The notes under the pieces were generated by a model, which saw only the letters and a list, made by a program, of their open reading frames with translations, was not told the DNA's origin and made no database searches. A stretch of DNA of 64,000 bases from a virus: positions 1 through 64,000 of the IMG/VR virus record IMGVR_UViG_3300024518_006178. One strand, 5' to 3'. Within the stretch, counting starts at the first letter, position 1. Each line of letters starts with the position of its first letter. The translations under genes and the position numbers were made by a program. Shown in pieces: positions 1 through 8,792 of the stretch.

Positions 1-79
1 CAAGCGCATGGCGCAGTCGCGCGGAGCGGGCTTCATGTCTGGCCTTCGTTCCACAACAGGTAGAGTATAGGAGACGACC

Positions 80-424
80 ATGTCTGAACTCAGAGCGCAA
101 GTGGCGGCTAACTTCACGAAGACGGCGGGAGTGAAGAGGCTTGCTAGGTTAGCTGGGGCGGCCAAGAGAGAGGCTCGCAGTTCGGGTTCTCTGAGCAGAC
201 ATTCTTCGCCCGGGGCACACCTCGTGCAAAGGAAGTCTGAGGCTGCGGAAAAATCTTTCCTAAGGAAGAGCCGTGGCCGTGGCCACGTGGCGGGTGCTCG
301 GTCTAGGCTGGCTCTACAGAAGGAAGTAGCTAAAACGACCCCTGACTTCCCGATGAGTCGCTGGCGGGGCCTTTCTGGCGAGAAAAGGATTGAGGCTCTC
401 AAGGCAAAGGGCCTGAGCCGCTAA
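80..424 (+). CDS. small basic protein, paralog 1 (putative internal head protein)
   Basis: Lys/Arg-rich; N-terminus MSELRxxxAANFTKTAG shared with the next two ORFs; GGAG RBS. Confidence 0.7.
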   Translation: MSELRAQVAANFTKTAGVKRLARLAGAAKREARSSGSLSRHSSPGAHLVQRKSEAAEKSFLRKSRGRGHVAGARSRLALQKEVAKTTPDFPMSRWRGLSGEKRIEALKAKGLSR

Positions 425-470
425 TGAACCAGCACCTCACACGTGGCCCCAGGGGCTTAGGAGAAACACC

Positions 471-857
471 ATGTCCGAACTGAGAAAAAAAGCCGCCGCC
501 AACTTCACGAAGACGGCGGGAGTGAAGAGGATGGCCAGGATTTCAGGCCTGGCACACAAGGAGAAGCGCCTCTTGGGCGAGCTCAACAGGCACGCCAAGC
601 CCGGATCGCTTCCTAAGCAGGAGCGAGAGGCGGCCCTCTTAAAATCGTTCAAGAAAAGGACGAGAGATATGGACCCTGTGAAGGCGACTCGCAAGCGCCT
701 AGCGCTTTATAAGGAAACCGCAAAAACCACTCCTGATTATCCGACGCGACGCTGGAAGGGGTTGTGGGGCAGGGAGAGAATTGAGGCGGCCCGCAAGAAG
801 GGTTTGAGTCGAGGCGGACGCCCTATCGACGACGTAGACTGGATAGGGACCCGCTGA
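471..857 (+). CDS. small basic protein, paralog 2
   Basis: Similar to 80..424 along most of its length (AKTTPD[FY]P..RW.GL.G..RIEA...KGLSR); AGGAG RBS. Confidence 0.7.
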   Translation: MSELRKKAAANFTKTAGVKRMARISGLAHKEKRLLGELNRHAKPGSLPKQEREAALLKSFKKRTRDMDPVKATRKRLALYKETAKTTPDYPTRRWKGLWGRERIEAARKKGLSRGGRPIDDVDWIGTR

Positions 858-882
858 TAGTGCTCAACCTAAGGAACATCTC

Positions 883-1209
883 ATGTCCGAACTGAGACGG
901 CACGTCGCCGCTAACTTCACCAAGACGGCGGGGGCGAAGAGAACATATAGAATCCTTGCCTCACTGAGGAAGAAGGGGCTAGGCGGCATTAGAAGCAAGC
1001 CGCCGCGCCAAGTCCTGCGCCATGGCATACGGGCTGCGGAAAGAGGTGAGGCGGGCGTGAGATCCATGATGAGCCTGAGCCGAAGGGGAGATCCGAGCAG
1101 GCACGTGCCGACGGGTGGGTGGAAAGCGCATCTACGGAAGGGGTTGGGCGACATGCGCAAGCGCATTGAATCCGGTGGTCGGACCATAAGGCCCCCGAGA
1201 AAACCATGA
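883..1209 (+). CDS. small basic protein, paralog 3
   Basis: Same N-terminal MSELRRHVAANFTKTAG; divergent C-terminus. Confidence 0.65.
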   Translation: MSELRRHVAANFTKTAGAKRTYRILASLRKKGLGGIRSKPPRQVLRHGIRAAERGEAGVRSMMSLSRRGDPSRHVPTGGWKAHLRKGLGDMRKRIESGGRTIRPPRKP

Positions 1210-1427
1210 TGAACCAGCACCTCACACGTGGATTCGCCGATGAGATTGCCAAGCTGGCCAAGAGCGTGCCGGGGCAGGGGATGCTTACGGCCATGGCCGA
1301 CAAGGGGCTGGGCGGGGCGGTCAAATCACAGAACAAGAGCATGTTGAGATCGGGGAACCTGCACAATATCGCCAAAACCGAGGCAAAAGACCTATCTAAT
1401 TTGCCCAAGATACCGAGCTTCAAATGA
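1206..1427 (+). CDS. small protein with GFADEIAKLA motif
   Basis: Coupled by ATGA overlaps; carries the shared N-terminal motif. Confidence 0.65.
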   Translation: MMNQHLTRGFADEIAKLAKSVPGQGMLTAMADKGLGGAVKSQNKSMLRSGNLHNIAKTEAKDLSNLPKIPSFK

Positions 1428-1624
1428 AACGGGCGATCATCTTAGGCTTTGCCCATGAGCTAGAGAAGCTGTCCAATGCGCAGCTGGCCCAGAAGCTCAC
1501 GGCGTTCAAGGGCAAGACCAACATGCCCAAGCCCGCCACGATCAAGGCCCCTCCGATACCCAAGGCAATGACGACGCCGTCGGCGCAGATGATGAATCTG
1601 GCCCCCCAGGGGATCAAGCCATGA
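1424..1624 (+). CDS. small protein with GFAHELEKLS motif
   Basis: Coupled ORF; carries the shared N-terminal motif. Confidence 0.65.
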   Translation: MKRAIILGFAHELEKLSNAQLAQKLTAFKGKTNMPKPATIKAPPIPKAMTTPSAQMMNLAPQGIKP

Positions 1625-1938
1625 TCGGCGACGTGTTCCGAGGATTCGCAGAAGAGGTCCTAGATCTGGGCATGACCAAGTCAGCCGCAGCCTCAGTTAG
1701 CAAGGATGAGGCCAAATATACCAACACCTCAACGCAAGAAAAGAAGTGTTCTGGGTGCTCCCACTTTGTTGGTGGTGGCATGTGCGACGTGGTTAAGGGT
1801 AAAATAAGCCCCGATGGTTGGTGTCGATACTGGGCGGCTGGACGGGGCTCGAAGAAGGAGCCAAGCGGCGACAAGAGCACTGCGTATGACAGGCGGAGCG
1901 CCGCTGCCAATTTTGATTCTCATGGTGGGAATAGTTAG
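1621..1938 (+). CDS. HiPIP-like [4Fe-4S] domain protein
   Basis: CSGCSHF-x5-CDVVKGKISPDGWCRYW matches the HiPIP four-Cys pattern. Confidence 0.75.
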   Translation: MIGDVFRGFAEEVLDLGMTKSAAASVSKDEAKYTNTSTQEKKCSGCSHFVGGGMCDVVKGKISPDGWCRYWAAGRGSKKEPSGDKSTAYDRRSAAANFDSHGGNS

Positions 1939-1958
1939 AAACCGGCAACTAAAGGAGA

Positions 1959-2744
1959 ATGGCGAAGATGGCTACAAAGACTGACCGCAGAGTTGTGGTG
2001 GAGAATGTTTCTGACCAGAACCTTGGAACGGAGAGGCCCCTGTCTCTCTTCCTCAGGTCTCCGAGCAAAAAGAGATCTGCTCACCTGTCCCGGGCCGAGA
2101 TCAACGAGTCTCAGGTTACGGAGACGATGAGAAGGTGGCAGGACGATGGCTGGATCAAGATCACGCCGAAAGAAGAGTTTGAGAAGACGCAGAGTGAGGC
2201 CAAGGCGGCCAAGATGACGAAGGCCAAGACCCCGACGCCCACGAAGCCTGACGACAAGAATCCTAAGCCCAAGGGCGACTTCGATGACAAGGACGCGGCT
2301 GTCGGGCCTGACGCTAAGGGCGGCGAGCCCGTCACGAACGTGGGGCCTCCGAAGAAGCAGGAGCCCAAAGAGCCGAAGCCCATGGGCGCTCAGATTGTGG
2401 CTTCCGAAGAGAAGGAGAGCGTCGCCACCGTGGGGTCGTCACCTGACGGATCCCCTGATGTTTCAGAGCCCGAGGCTGAGGTTGAGCCCGAAGCTGATCC
2501 CGAGCCCGAGGTCGAAGCCGAGGCTCCCGAGGCCGAGCCTGAGGTCGAAGCCGAGCGATACACCGAGGAAGAGCTTCAAGGCATGAAGATGAAGGGTCTC
2601 CGCACGGTCATTGCTGCGCTTGGCCTGAGCCTGAAGAGCACGCAGAAGGGCGAGCTCATCAAGGCCATCCTGGACGCGCAAGGGGATGACTCGGAGTCGG
2701 AGGGAGCTGATGACGCTACCACGACTACGACTGAGGACGACTAA
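1959..2744 (+). CDS. acidic low-complexity protein with C-terminal Rho-N/HeH-like domain
   Basis: EPEAE repeats then YTEEELQGMKMKGLR...KGELIKAILDAQ; AAGGAG RBS. Confidence 0.6.
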   Translation: MAKMATKTDRRVVVENVSDQNLGTERPLSLFLRSPSKKRSAHLSRAEINESQVTETMRRWQDDGWIKITPKEEFEKTQSEAKAAKMTKAKTPTPTKPDDKNPKPKGDFDDKDAAVGPDAKGGEPVTNVGPPKKQEPKEPKPMGAQIVASEEKESVATVGSSPDGSPDVSEPEAEVEPEADPEPEVEAEAPEAEPEVEAERYTEEELQGMKMKGLRTVIAALGLSLKSTQKGELIKAILDAQGDDSESEGADDATTTTTEDD

Positions 2745-3220
2745 TGGCAACGGAAAATCTACCCGAGAAACCGGGAAAGATTCTGATCCGTCAACTAAGG
2801 GCTTTCCTGCGTGACGATCCGACTCTTAACGAGTTGATCGAAGGCAAGGAGTCCTCTGACGGCCAGCTCAAGCAGGCGCTTCTCGACGCACTGGAGGATT
2901 GGAACACCACGCCGCCGCTGCTTGCACCGGTGAACGTGGCCAACCATCCCTCCAGGCGTCTGCTCGTGCGCTCCGCTGCCATAGAGATTCTCGTTTCGAT
3001 GGGGATCTACTTTGCACGCAACGACCTGACGTACAGCGATGGCGGCATAACCGTGGCCGACAAGAACAAGGCCGGGATATATGCTCAGTACGTCCAGCAG
3101 TTGCAAGCGGACTTTGAGCGCAAGAAACTGGACCTAAAGAAGGCCAGGAACTTAGATCTTGCCTATGGCATCGTTCCGTCAGAATACGGTGCCATTTGGG
3201 ATGATGACGAGCACTTTTAG
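2744..3220 (+). CDS. putative head-tail adaptor (neck) protein
   Basis: LRAFLRD.P.LN.LI, DWNTTPP, YSDGG motifs; size and position in the morphogenesis module. Confidence 0.55.
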   Translation: MATENLPEKPGKILIRQLRAFLRDDPTLNELIEGKESSDGQLKQALLDALEDWNTTPPLLAPVNVANHPSRRLLVRSAAIEILVSMGIYFARNDLTYSDGGITVADKNKAGIYAQYVQQLQADFERKKLDLKKARNLDLAYGIVPSEYGAIWDDDEHF

Positions 3221-3229
3221 GAGCTGATC

Positions 3230-4006
3230 ATGGATAGGTGGCAACTTATTAACAAGCTCGCTACCACGAGCCCGTCTGTGCGCAGGGCTTTCATGCAAAA
3301 GATAGGGCAGGCCGCACCTCCCAACGGAGCTCCGGCCAACGGTGCTCCGGCGGCTGCGCCTCCCAACGGTGCTCAGCCCCCTGCCGGTGCCGCGCCCCAG
3401 GTGGATCCGCAGGCCCTCATTGGAGGCTTAGGCGAGGCCTTCTCGGCGGAGATAAATGCCGCCGCAACGTACGCAACCTTCTCGGCGTGTGCCACTGGTT
3501 CTCATCGTGAGTATCTGAAGTCATACTGGATGGAAGAGGCTAAAGAAGAGCTGGGTCACGCCCAGATCATTGGCGAAAAGATCTGCGTTATGGGCGGACA
3601 GCCAGCGGTCCAGGGCATTCAGCCCGCTGACGTGCGCACCAATTCAGCAATGATCCAGCAGGCGCTCCAAATGGAAACCCAGGCCGTAGGGCTCTATGCT
3701 CAGCTGGCGCAGCAGGCAGAGCAGTCGGGCATGCATGGCCTTAAGGTGGTGATCGAAGAGATTCTGGCGGACGAGCAAAACCATCTGGACAACACGGCCC
3801 TCATGGCTCAGGACCTGGAGCACCAGGACCCGAATCAGTCGCTCGCAACCCAGGTGTCGGGGCAGTTCGACTCCATAAACAATGGTGGAGGCGGTGCCTC
3901 TAGGCAGTCTTTCCCGCCTGCCGCACAGATGGCACCGTCAGCGCCCGTGGCACCCGCAGGCCCAGCGCCACAGCCTGGACCTCCTCCTGGCCCGCCGCAG
4001 GCGTAG
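3230..4006 (+). CDS. ferritin/bacterioferritin-like di-iron protein with Pro/Ala-rich flanks
   Basis: EINAAATY, EEAKEELGHA, METQAVGLY, ILADEQNHL = E/ExxH/E/ExxH four-helix pattern. Confidence 0.75.
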   Translation: MDRWQLINKLATTSPSVRRAFMQKIGQAAPPNGAPANGAPAAAPPNGAQPPAGAAPQVDPQALIGGLGEAFSAEINAAATYATFSACATGSHREYLKSYWMEEAKEELGHAQIIGEKICVMGGQPAVQGIQPADVRTNSAMIQQALQMETQAVGLYAQLAQQAEQSGMHGLKVVIEEILADEQNHLDNTALMAQDLEHQDPNQSLATQVSGQFDSINNGGGGASRQSFPPAAQMAPSAPVAPAGPAPQPGPPPGPPQA

Positions 4007-4017
4007 GGAGGTGACAG

Positions 4018-5283
4018 GTGGGAGACCTATTCCCTAATCCATCAAATCCGCCTGATTATCCGGCCACCTTGGATGACATATTTGAAATCCAAGACACGGC
4101 CAATGATGATAATCAGATCCCTCCGTATGAAGACGATCAGATTGCGCAAGCGATTGAGTGGAACCGGGCTATTACCAACCTGGTCGACGTGGTCGACGAT
4201 ATTCGCACCGGGATCATTGCTGGTCAGCTGGATCCAGATACCGGAGACAGTCTCGCTACGCTTCTAGCCCGTCGGTCGAACTTCCTGACAGAAGCCATTA
4301 CTGGATACGATGGCGATCCGAATGGCGGTGGCGCTCCTGCGATTCTCGTGGGCGCGAACCTGGGCACGTGGTTCCGCGAGGAGACTGCGGCAAAATGGTG
4401 GCGCAAGACCGAGACGGCTTGGGAAGACCGAACGATCACGGGCGGTGGCGGTGGCGGCTTTGATTTCACGGAAGGGAAAACTACTGGGTCTCTGAACTAT
4501 ACTCAAGATGTTGTAGGTGCCAAGGCGAGCTTTGCCAGCGTCATGACGCTGAACAACAATCCAAGCGACGGCGAGCAGGTTCGGATTCAAACATACTTCA
4601 ATGATTCCGGAGCTACAGCTTTCGGTCTTGTTAACGTGTACTTTCGGACGGTTTTGGCGACTCCCTTTTTCTGGTCAGCCGTGTTCGGTCAGGGCCAACT
4701 AGAAATTAGGATCGAGGCCAACCTTCAACTGACGCTAGACAACATGATTGCGGGATTAAATGACGTTGCTACGTCGGACGTAGGCACGACCATCGGAGTT
4801 TTCGCGAACACGTGGACGGCCTCGCATTCAGCAGGGCTTGAAGACACGTTGACAGTAGAGCAGGATTTCACCGGCAGCTTTCCAAACGGAAATTCTGCTT
4901 TCATTGAGATTTCTGGATCGAACTGGAGTCCAGGCTCAGGGGTCGCGTATAGCGGCGGCATAGACGACGTGACCGGGTCTACATTCCCTATCACTCTCTC
5001 GCTATTTGCTCTTGAGGTTTCCTCCGCTGGGCCAGATCTTTTTCTCTCATCGGGGTCCGTAAAAACTGGAACGCATACGCCCGAGGTGCTTGTCAGCGTG
5101 GTAGGCCCTGCAATCATTGACGAGCCAAACATCTCGTTCACAGATGTTGTAGATTTTAGTGGCAACACGGTTAGGGCTATCGTTATCCCGGCAACCGAAG
5201 ACATTGTAGACGGTACGGCAACGGTCACGTGGACGTGGGCGGGGAAAACCTTCAAGGCTATCGTAACCAAGACTGTTTTCTAA
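4018..5283 (+). CDS. putative virion structural protein (acidic, beta-rich)
   Basis: 421 aa, Gly/Thr/Asp-rich; GGAGGT RBS before a GTG start. Confidence 0.5.
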   Translation: MGDLFPNPSNPPDYPATLDDIFEIQDTANDDNQIPPYEDDQIAQAIEWNRAITNLVDVVDDIRTGIIAGQLDPDTGDSLATLLARRSNFLTEAITGYDGDPNGGGAPAILVGANLGTWFREETAAKWWRKTETAWEDRTITGGGGGGFDFTEGKTTGSLNYTQDVVGAKASFASVMTLNNNPSDGEQVRIQTYFNDSGATAFGLVNVYFRTVLATPFFWSAVFGQGQLEIRIEANLQLTLDNMIAGLNDVATSDVGTTIGVFANTWTASHSAGLEDTLTVEQDFTGSFPNGNSAFIEISGSNWSPGSGVAYSGGIDDVTGSTFPITLSLFALEVSSAGPDLFLSSGSVKTGTHTPEVLVSVVGPAIIDEPNISFTDVVDFSGNTVRAIVIPATEDIVDGTATVTWTWAGKTFKAIVTKTVF

Positions 5284-5290
5284 GGAGTTT

Positions 5291-5497
5291 GTGATGATCG
5301 AGGCGTCCTTGCTAGTCGGGGATCACGTGTGGATCGACACCACGAATACACAGATAGCCCAGTGTGGCGTGAAGGCAGTGTGCGGGCAAGTCTTGGTCGA
5401 TTCTTCTCCGCAAATAGCCGTGGTCGTTAGCGGATTGACCTACTTCGTGATGAAGGCGTACGTGTATAGGACAAAAGAAGCGGCAGAAGCGGCTTAG
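5291..5497 (+). CDS. hypothetical protein
   Basis: AAGGAG RBS; fills the gap in the operon. Confidence 0.5.
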   Translation: MMIEASLLVGDHVWIDTTNTQIAQCGVKAVCGQVLVDSSPQIAVVVSGLTYFVMKAYVYRTKEAAEAA

Positions 5498-5520
5498 TAT
5501 TATGATAGAATGGAGATCAC

Positions 5521-6369
5521 ATGCCGACGTGGGGCGCATTCTGGGGCAATCCCTGGGGGTTATCAGTCTTGGCTACTGATGCACTAATACAGCCGAACAG
5601 GGTTCGGGTGACGGCGTCATCCCTGGAGTATCTGACTATTGAGTGGTTGATCAAGCCAACCAATAGGGATATTGCGGATTTCACCTTCTCCGTGTGGCGA
5701 TCCCAGCACCAGGCTGCGGATAGCTTCCGCAAGATTGCGGACGATCTCAAAGAGATATTCGTCTACAAGGACCCCAATGTAAACATCAAGGCCCGGAATC
5801 GGGTCTGGTATTACAAGATTAGGTCCACCGAGGACGCCTCTTCCGAGTTTCTTGACTCCCTGGCCGCCAGCTCTCCCGAAAAACTTGACCGTGTCGCTTT
5901 GGCTATAGCACGTCGAAATAACATGCTCATGGACAACTTCGTTGGGATCCGGTGCTATATCCTCCAGGAGAAGATGGCTGGCGAGCACTGCCCAACCTGC
6001 TGGGATGAGATCAAGCAGAGGAAGATGCAGGCCAACTGCAAGGTGTGCTTCAACACGGGATACATAGGTGGGTTCGCCACACCTATTGAGGCCCAGGTCA
6101 ACTTCAACCCCTCTCCCAAGGTGGTTCAGATAGCCCAGCAGGGAGAAATGACGCCAGATAATACAGTTGCTTGGCTTGGGAACTTCCCAGATGTTAAGCC
6201 TCGCGATATAATTATAGAGGCGGGCCGTGGAACCAGGTGGCGGGTGGTCAATCGGAGCACCACGCAGAAGCGGAGGGTGACGGTGCACCAGAACCTGACC
6301 CTGAAGCAGATAAACCGTTCTGACGTGGAATGGGAAATTCCCATTCCTGGTCTTGTTGAGGAAGAATAA
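5521..6369 (+). CDS. putative head-closure/neck protein
   Basis: N-terminal FN3-like segment, CPTC..CKVC..TG..GG motif, PRDIIIE..G.RWRV C-terminal domain. Confidence 0.55.
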   Translation: MPTWGAFWGNPWGLSVLATDALIQPNRVRVTASSLEYLTIEWLIKPTNRDIADFTFSVWRSQHQAADSFRKIADDLKEIFVYKDPNVNIKARNRVWYYKIRSTEDASSEFLDSLAASSPEKLDRVALAIARRNNMLMDNFVGIRCYILQEKMAGEHCPTCWDEIKQRKMQANCKVCFNTGYIGGFATPIEAQVNFNPSPKVVQIAQQGEMTPDNTVAWLGNFPDVKPRDIIIEAGRGTRWRVVNRSTTQKRRVTVHQNLTLKQINRSDVEWEIPIPGLVEEE

Positions 6370-6698
6370 TGCTGCGTAGAGATGTAGCATATCGCTTCGC
6401 CAAGACCGCTGCTGGCGTTGGCAACCGGTTTATGCGCGGCACGCACCGCTCTCATCCTGCGTCAGGGTCGCTGGCGGTAACTCCCGGCAAGCCCACGCGG
6501 GGAGAGGACCGCCCGCTGCCGCGCCCCAATTCGGCCCCTAAGGCCTCTGACGGCTATACCGTAGATGACAATGCGGGGATAGACCCTGGCCTTGTTCCGC
6601 TTCCTGTGACGCCGAATGAGGCCAGTACTGCCAAGTTCAAAGAGCGCGTACTGAAGCAGCGCATCAAGACTGAGCGCGGGGAGGCTAGAAGCCGATGA
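6369..6698 (+). CDS. small basic protein with FAKTAA motif
   Basis: Coupled ORF; shared K-x-A motif. Confidence 0.55.
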   Translation: MLRRDVAYRFAKTAAGVGNRFMRGTHRSHPASGSLAVTPGKPTRGEDRPLPRPNSAPKASDGYTVDDNAGIDPGLVPLPVTPNEASTAKFKERVLKQRIKTERGEARSR

Positions 6699-7039
6699 GG
6701 TCTATGGGCGCGTACACTGTCACCAGCAAAAGCAGGAAGAAGAGCAAGAACTCTAAAAGCCTGCGCAGGACGACAGCCTACAATATGACTAAGGCGGGCA
6801 GTTTCTCGGCTGGCGACTACGTCCAGTACCAGAACACGGGCGGGGGCGAGGCTCGCTCAGCGATGGCCCCCTACAGCTCCCTGACAGGCACGGGCCTGAA
6901 GGCGGGCGGCGTGGTCAAGGGCCCGATCAGGGCGCTGTTGGGCGAGGCGGGCCCGGAAGTCGTGGTGCCCCTGAAGAAGAAGTATATGAACAGGACAGTC
7001 GCAGAGATGGCCCGGCACTTTGCAAGGAAGGGGGCCTAA
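6695..7039 (+). CDS. small basic protein with GGVV..P..AL.GEAGPE.VVPL motif
   Basis: Motif usually seen in tape-measure C-termini; coupled ORF. Confidence 0.55.
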   Translation: MRSMGAYTVTSKSRKKSKNSKSLRRTTAYNMTKAGSFSAGDYVQYQNTGGGEARSAMAPYSSLTGTGLKAGGVVKGPIRALLGEAGPEVVVPLKKKYMNRTVAEMARHFARKGA

Positions 7040-7040
7040 G

Positions 7041-7778
7041 GTGGCTAGCAGAAAGAAAACAGCGCGTAGCTTCGCCGATACGAAGACGGTCGCAATTGGG
7101 AAGCATAAGGTGTCCGATGGCGGACATGACCAGCATAGGGATGGGCGGTCAGGATGGAATGCCGATCTCGGCAGCCGGTTCCACCCTCAGCGATCTCGTG
7201 CCTCCGAAGAGACGGAGTATTCGGGGACTCAGTCCACCTCGTACGACCGATCTTCAAGAACGGGAGAAAAGGTGGCCTTTGACCCCATCCCCTATATCTC
7301 AGGGGCTGCGGCTGGGGCTGGTCTTGCCGGTGCCCTTCGCCCTAGCCTCATGCCCCATGTTGGACGCGGTGCCGCAAGATATGCGCCTATAGCGGGTGCC
7401 CTGGTGGGGGCCGGGCTTGTGGTCGCGGGTCAGTACGCAAAAAAGATCCGAGAGGAGCGTCGCAATGCGATGCTGGATAACTGGAGCTCTGCTGGTGTCC
7501 CGACGGAGGGGGAGGAAAAGGTGGCCTTTGACGCCCTGCCCTATATCGTGGGAGCATCCGGTGGTGCGGCAATCGGCAATTACCTGAAAGGTAATATAGC
7601 TAAATCCCTGGGGCGCACGGCTGCGAGCGCAGGTCCGATAGCTGGCGGGCTGGTAGGGCTCGGGCTAATTGGCGCTGGCCACTATGCGAGCAGAGCCAAG
7701 TCTCGGCGTCGCCATAATATGATGAAAAGGTGGATGAGCGGTGGCGCTCCCTCCTACCGTAGAAGTCTCGGCATTTAG
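7041..7778 (+). CDS. glycine-zipper membrane protein with two internal repeats
   Basis: Two EKVAFD..PY-[Gly-rich hydrophobic hairpin]-RR..M..W repeats; GTG start assumed. Confidence 0.55.
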   Translation: MASRKKTARSFADTKTVAIGKHKVSDGGHDQHRDGRSGWNADLGSRFHPQRSRASEETEYSGTQSTSYDRSSRTGEKVAFDPIPYISGAAAGAGLAGALRPSLMPHVGRGAARYAPIAGALVGAGLVVAGQYAKKIREERRNAMLDNWSSAGVPTEGEEKVAFDALPYIVGASGGAAIGNYLKGNIAKSLGRTAASAGPIAGGLVGLGLIGAGHYASRAKSRRRHNMMKRWMSGGAPSYRRSLGI

Positions 7779-7790
7779 CTGGAGGAAAAG

Positions 7791-7982
7791 ATGAGCGAAG
7801 AGCGCAAAATGGACCTGAGAGAGTACAAGAACGTCTGTCAGGGCAAAAACGGCGATAAGAGCGTGAACGAAAGCCTCTTGAAGAACATTGAGCGCGCCAC
7901 GGGTGGGCGCAGCTTGACCAAGAGCGAGTTCGACCACGTTCACGGCAAGATCAAGATGAAGCAGGCCTCCGAGGGGCAGTAA
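7791..7982 (+). CDS. hypothetical protein
   Basis: GGAGG RBS; coupled to the next ORF. Confidence 0.55.
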   Translation: MSEERKMDLREYKNVCQGKNGDKSVNESLLKNIERATGGRSLTKSEFDHVHGKIKMKQASEGQ

Positions 7983-8446
7983 TGCTCAGAGTCCTCGACG
8001 TTGTCAGGCCCGCTTCAGATACCGGACCCATGCCGTTTTTCGAGATGGCGTCGGTTAAAGAACGGGTCTTGATGAGCATCAAGGAGTACATGTACTCCGG
8101 CATCTTCAAGCATCCCACAGGGGCGCTGGCGGCCAGCATAAACGCGTATGTAAGAGGGCAGTCCATCTTCGTCTTGTCGGAGCTTCCGTATGCTGAAGCT
8201 CAAGATAAGGGCGTGCTGCCCCACGTACAGTGGTACTTGATGGGGAAAGTTGTTCCGATCAGGGTGCACCGCTTCGGAGGCAGCAAGGTGATCTACAGGA
8301 AGGCCACACTGAAGAGCTTCTTGCAGGGCAAGTGGGTGCATCCGGGTATCACTCCGAAAGAGTATATCCAGAAGGGCGTGGACCGCTTCATAGCTGAGTC
8401 TGAGGGTTACCAAATCACGGTACGTTCGCCGAGAGGGATGGTGTAA
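7982..8446 (+). CDS. putative neck/tail-completion (virion morphogenesis) protein
   Basis: TGALAASI, PYAEAQDKG, WVHPG motifs typical of HK97 gp10-like proteins. Confidence 0.5.
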   Translation: MLRVLDVVRPASDTGPMPFFEMASVKERVLMSIKEYMYSGIFKHPTGALAASINAYVRGQSIFVLSELPYAEAQDKGVLPHVQWYLMGKVVPIRVHRFGGSKVIYRKATLKSFLQGKWVHPGITPKEYIQKGVDRFIAESEGYQITVRSPRGMV

Positions 8447-8736
8447 TGGATAGGCATATACTGGCGGGATTCGCTGCTGAGCTCGAAAAGGACGCCATCG
8501 TAAAGGCTGTGAGCAAGGGCTGGAAACACCTTACGAAGCCCGGCCCAACGGGCGTGGTGACCAAGGTGGTCTCGCCAGTTGCCCAGACCGCCTTGCTGGG
8601 CACCGCTGGGTTTGTCGGCGCGGGGGAGCTTGCGTCCAGGAGCGGGCACTTGGCCAAGCGAAGATACCAGGCCAGGCTAACTGGCTCTCTTGGGAGGAGG
8701 TCACATTTATACGGTAATCCAGCGTCGTATGGATAA
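8446..8736 (+). CDS. small protein with GFAAELEKDA motif
   Basis: Shared N-terminal motif and a hydrophobic segment. Confidence 0.6.
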   Translation: MDRHILAGFAAELEKDAIVKAVSKGWKHLTKPGPTGVVTKVVSPVAQTALLGTAGFVGAGELASRSGHLAKRRYQARLTGSLGRRSHLYGNPASYG

Positions 8737-8792
8737 ACTCCGTGTACTGAGGCCTCTTTTGCTGTAAAATATTGCCCTAGCGAGGGAAGAAA

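Larger units (their letters stand above)
424..1231 (+). repeat. 23-bp direct repeat ATGAACCAGCACCTCACACGTGG (424-446 and 1209-1231)
   Basis: Exact copies; the second is the start of ORF 1206..1427, the first is a relic after ORF 80..424. Confidence 0.85.

Noticed and set aside
2460-2560. GAGCCCGAGG-type short repeats
   Set aside because: Explained by coding EPEAE low-complexity repeats in 1959..2744.
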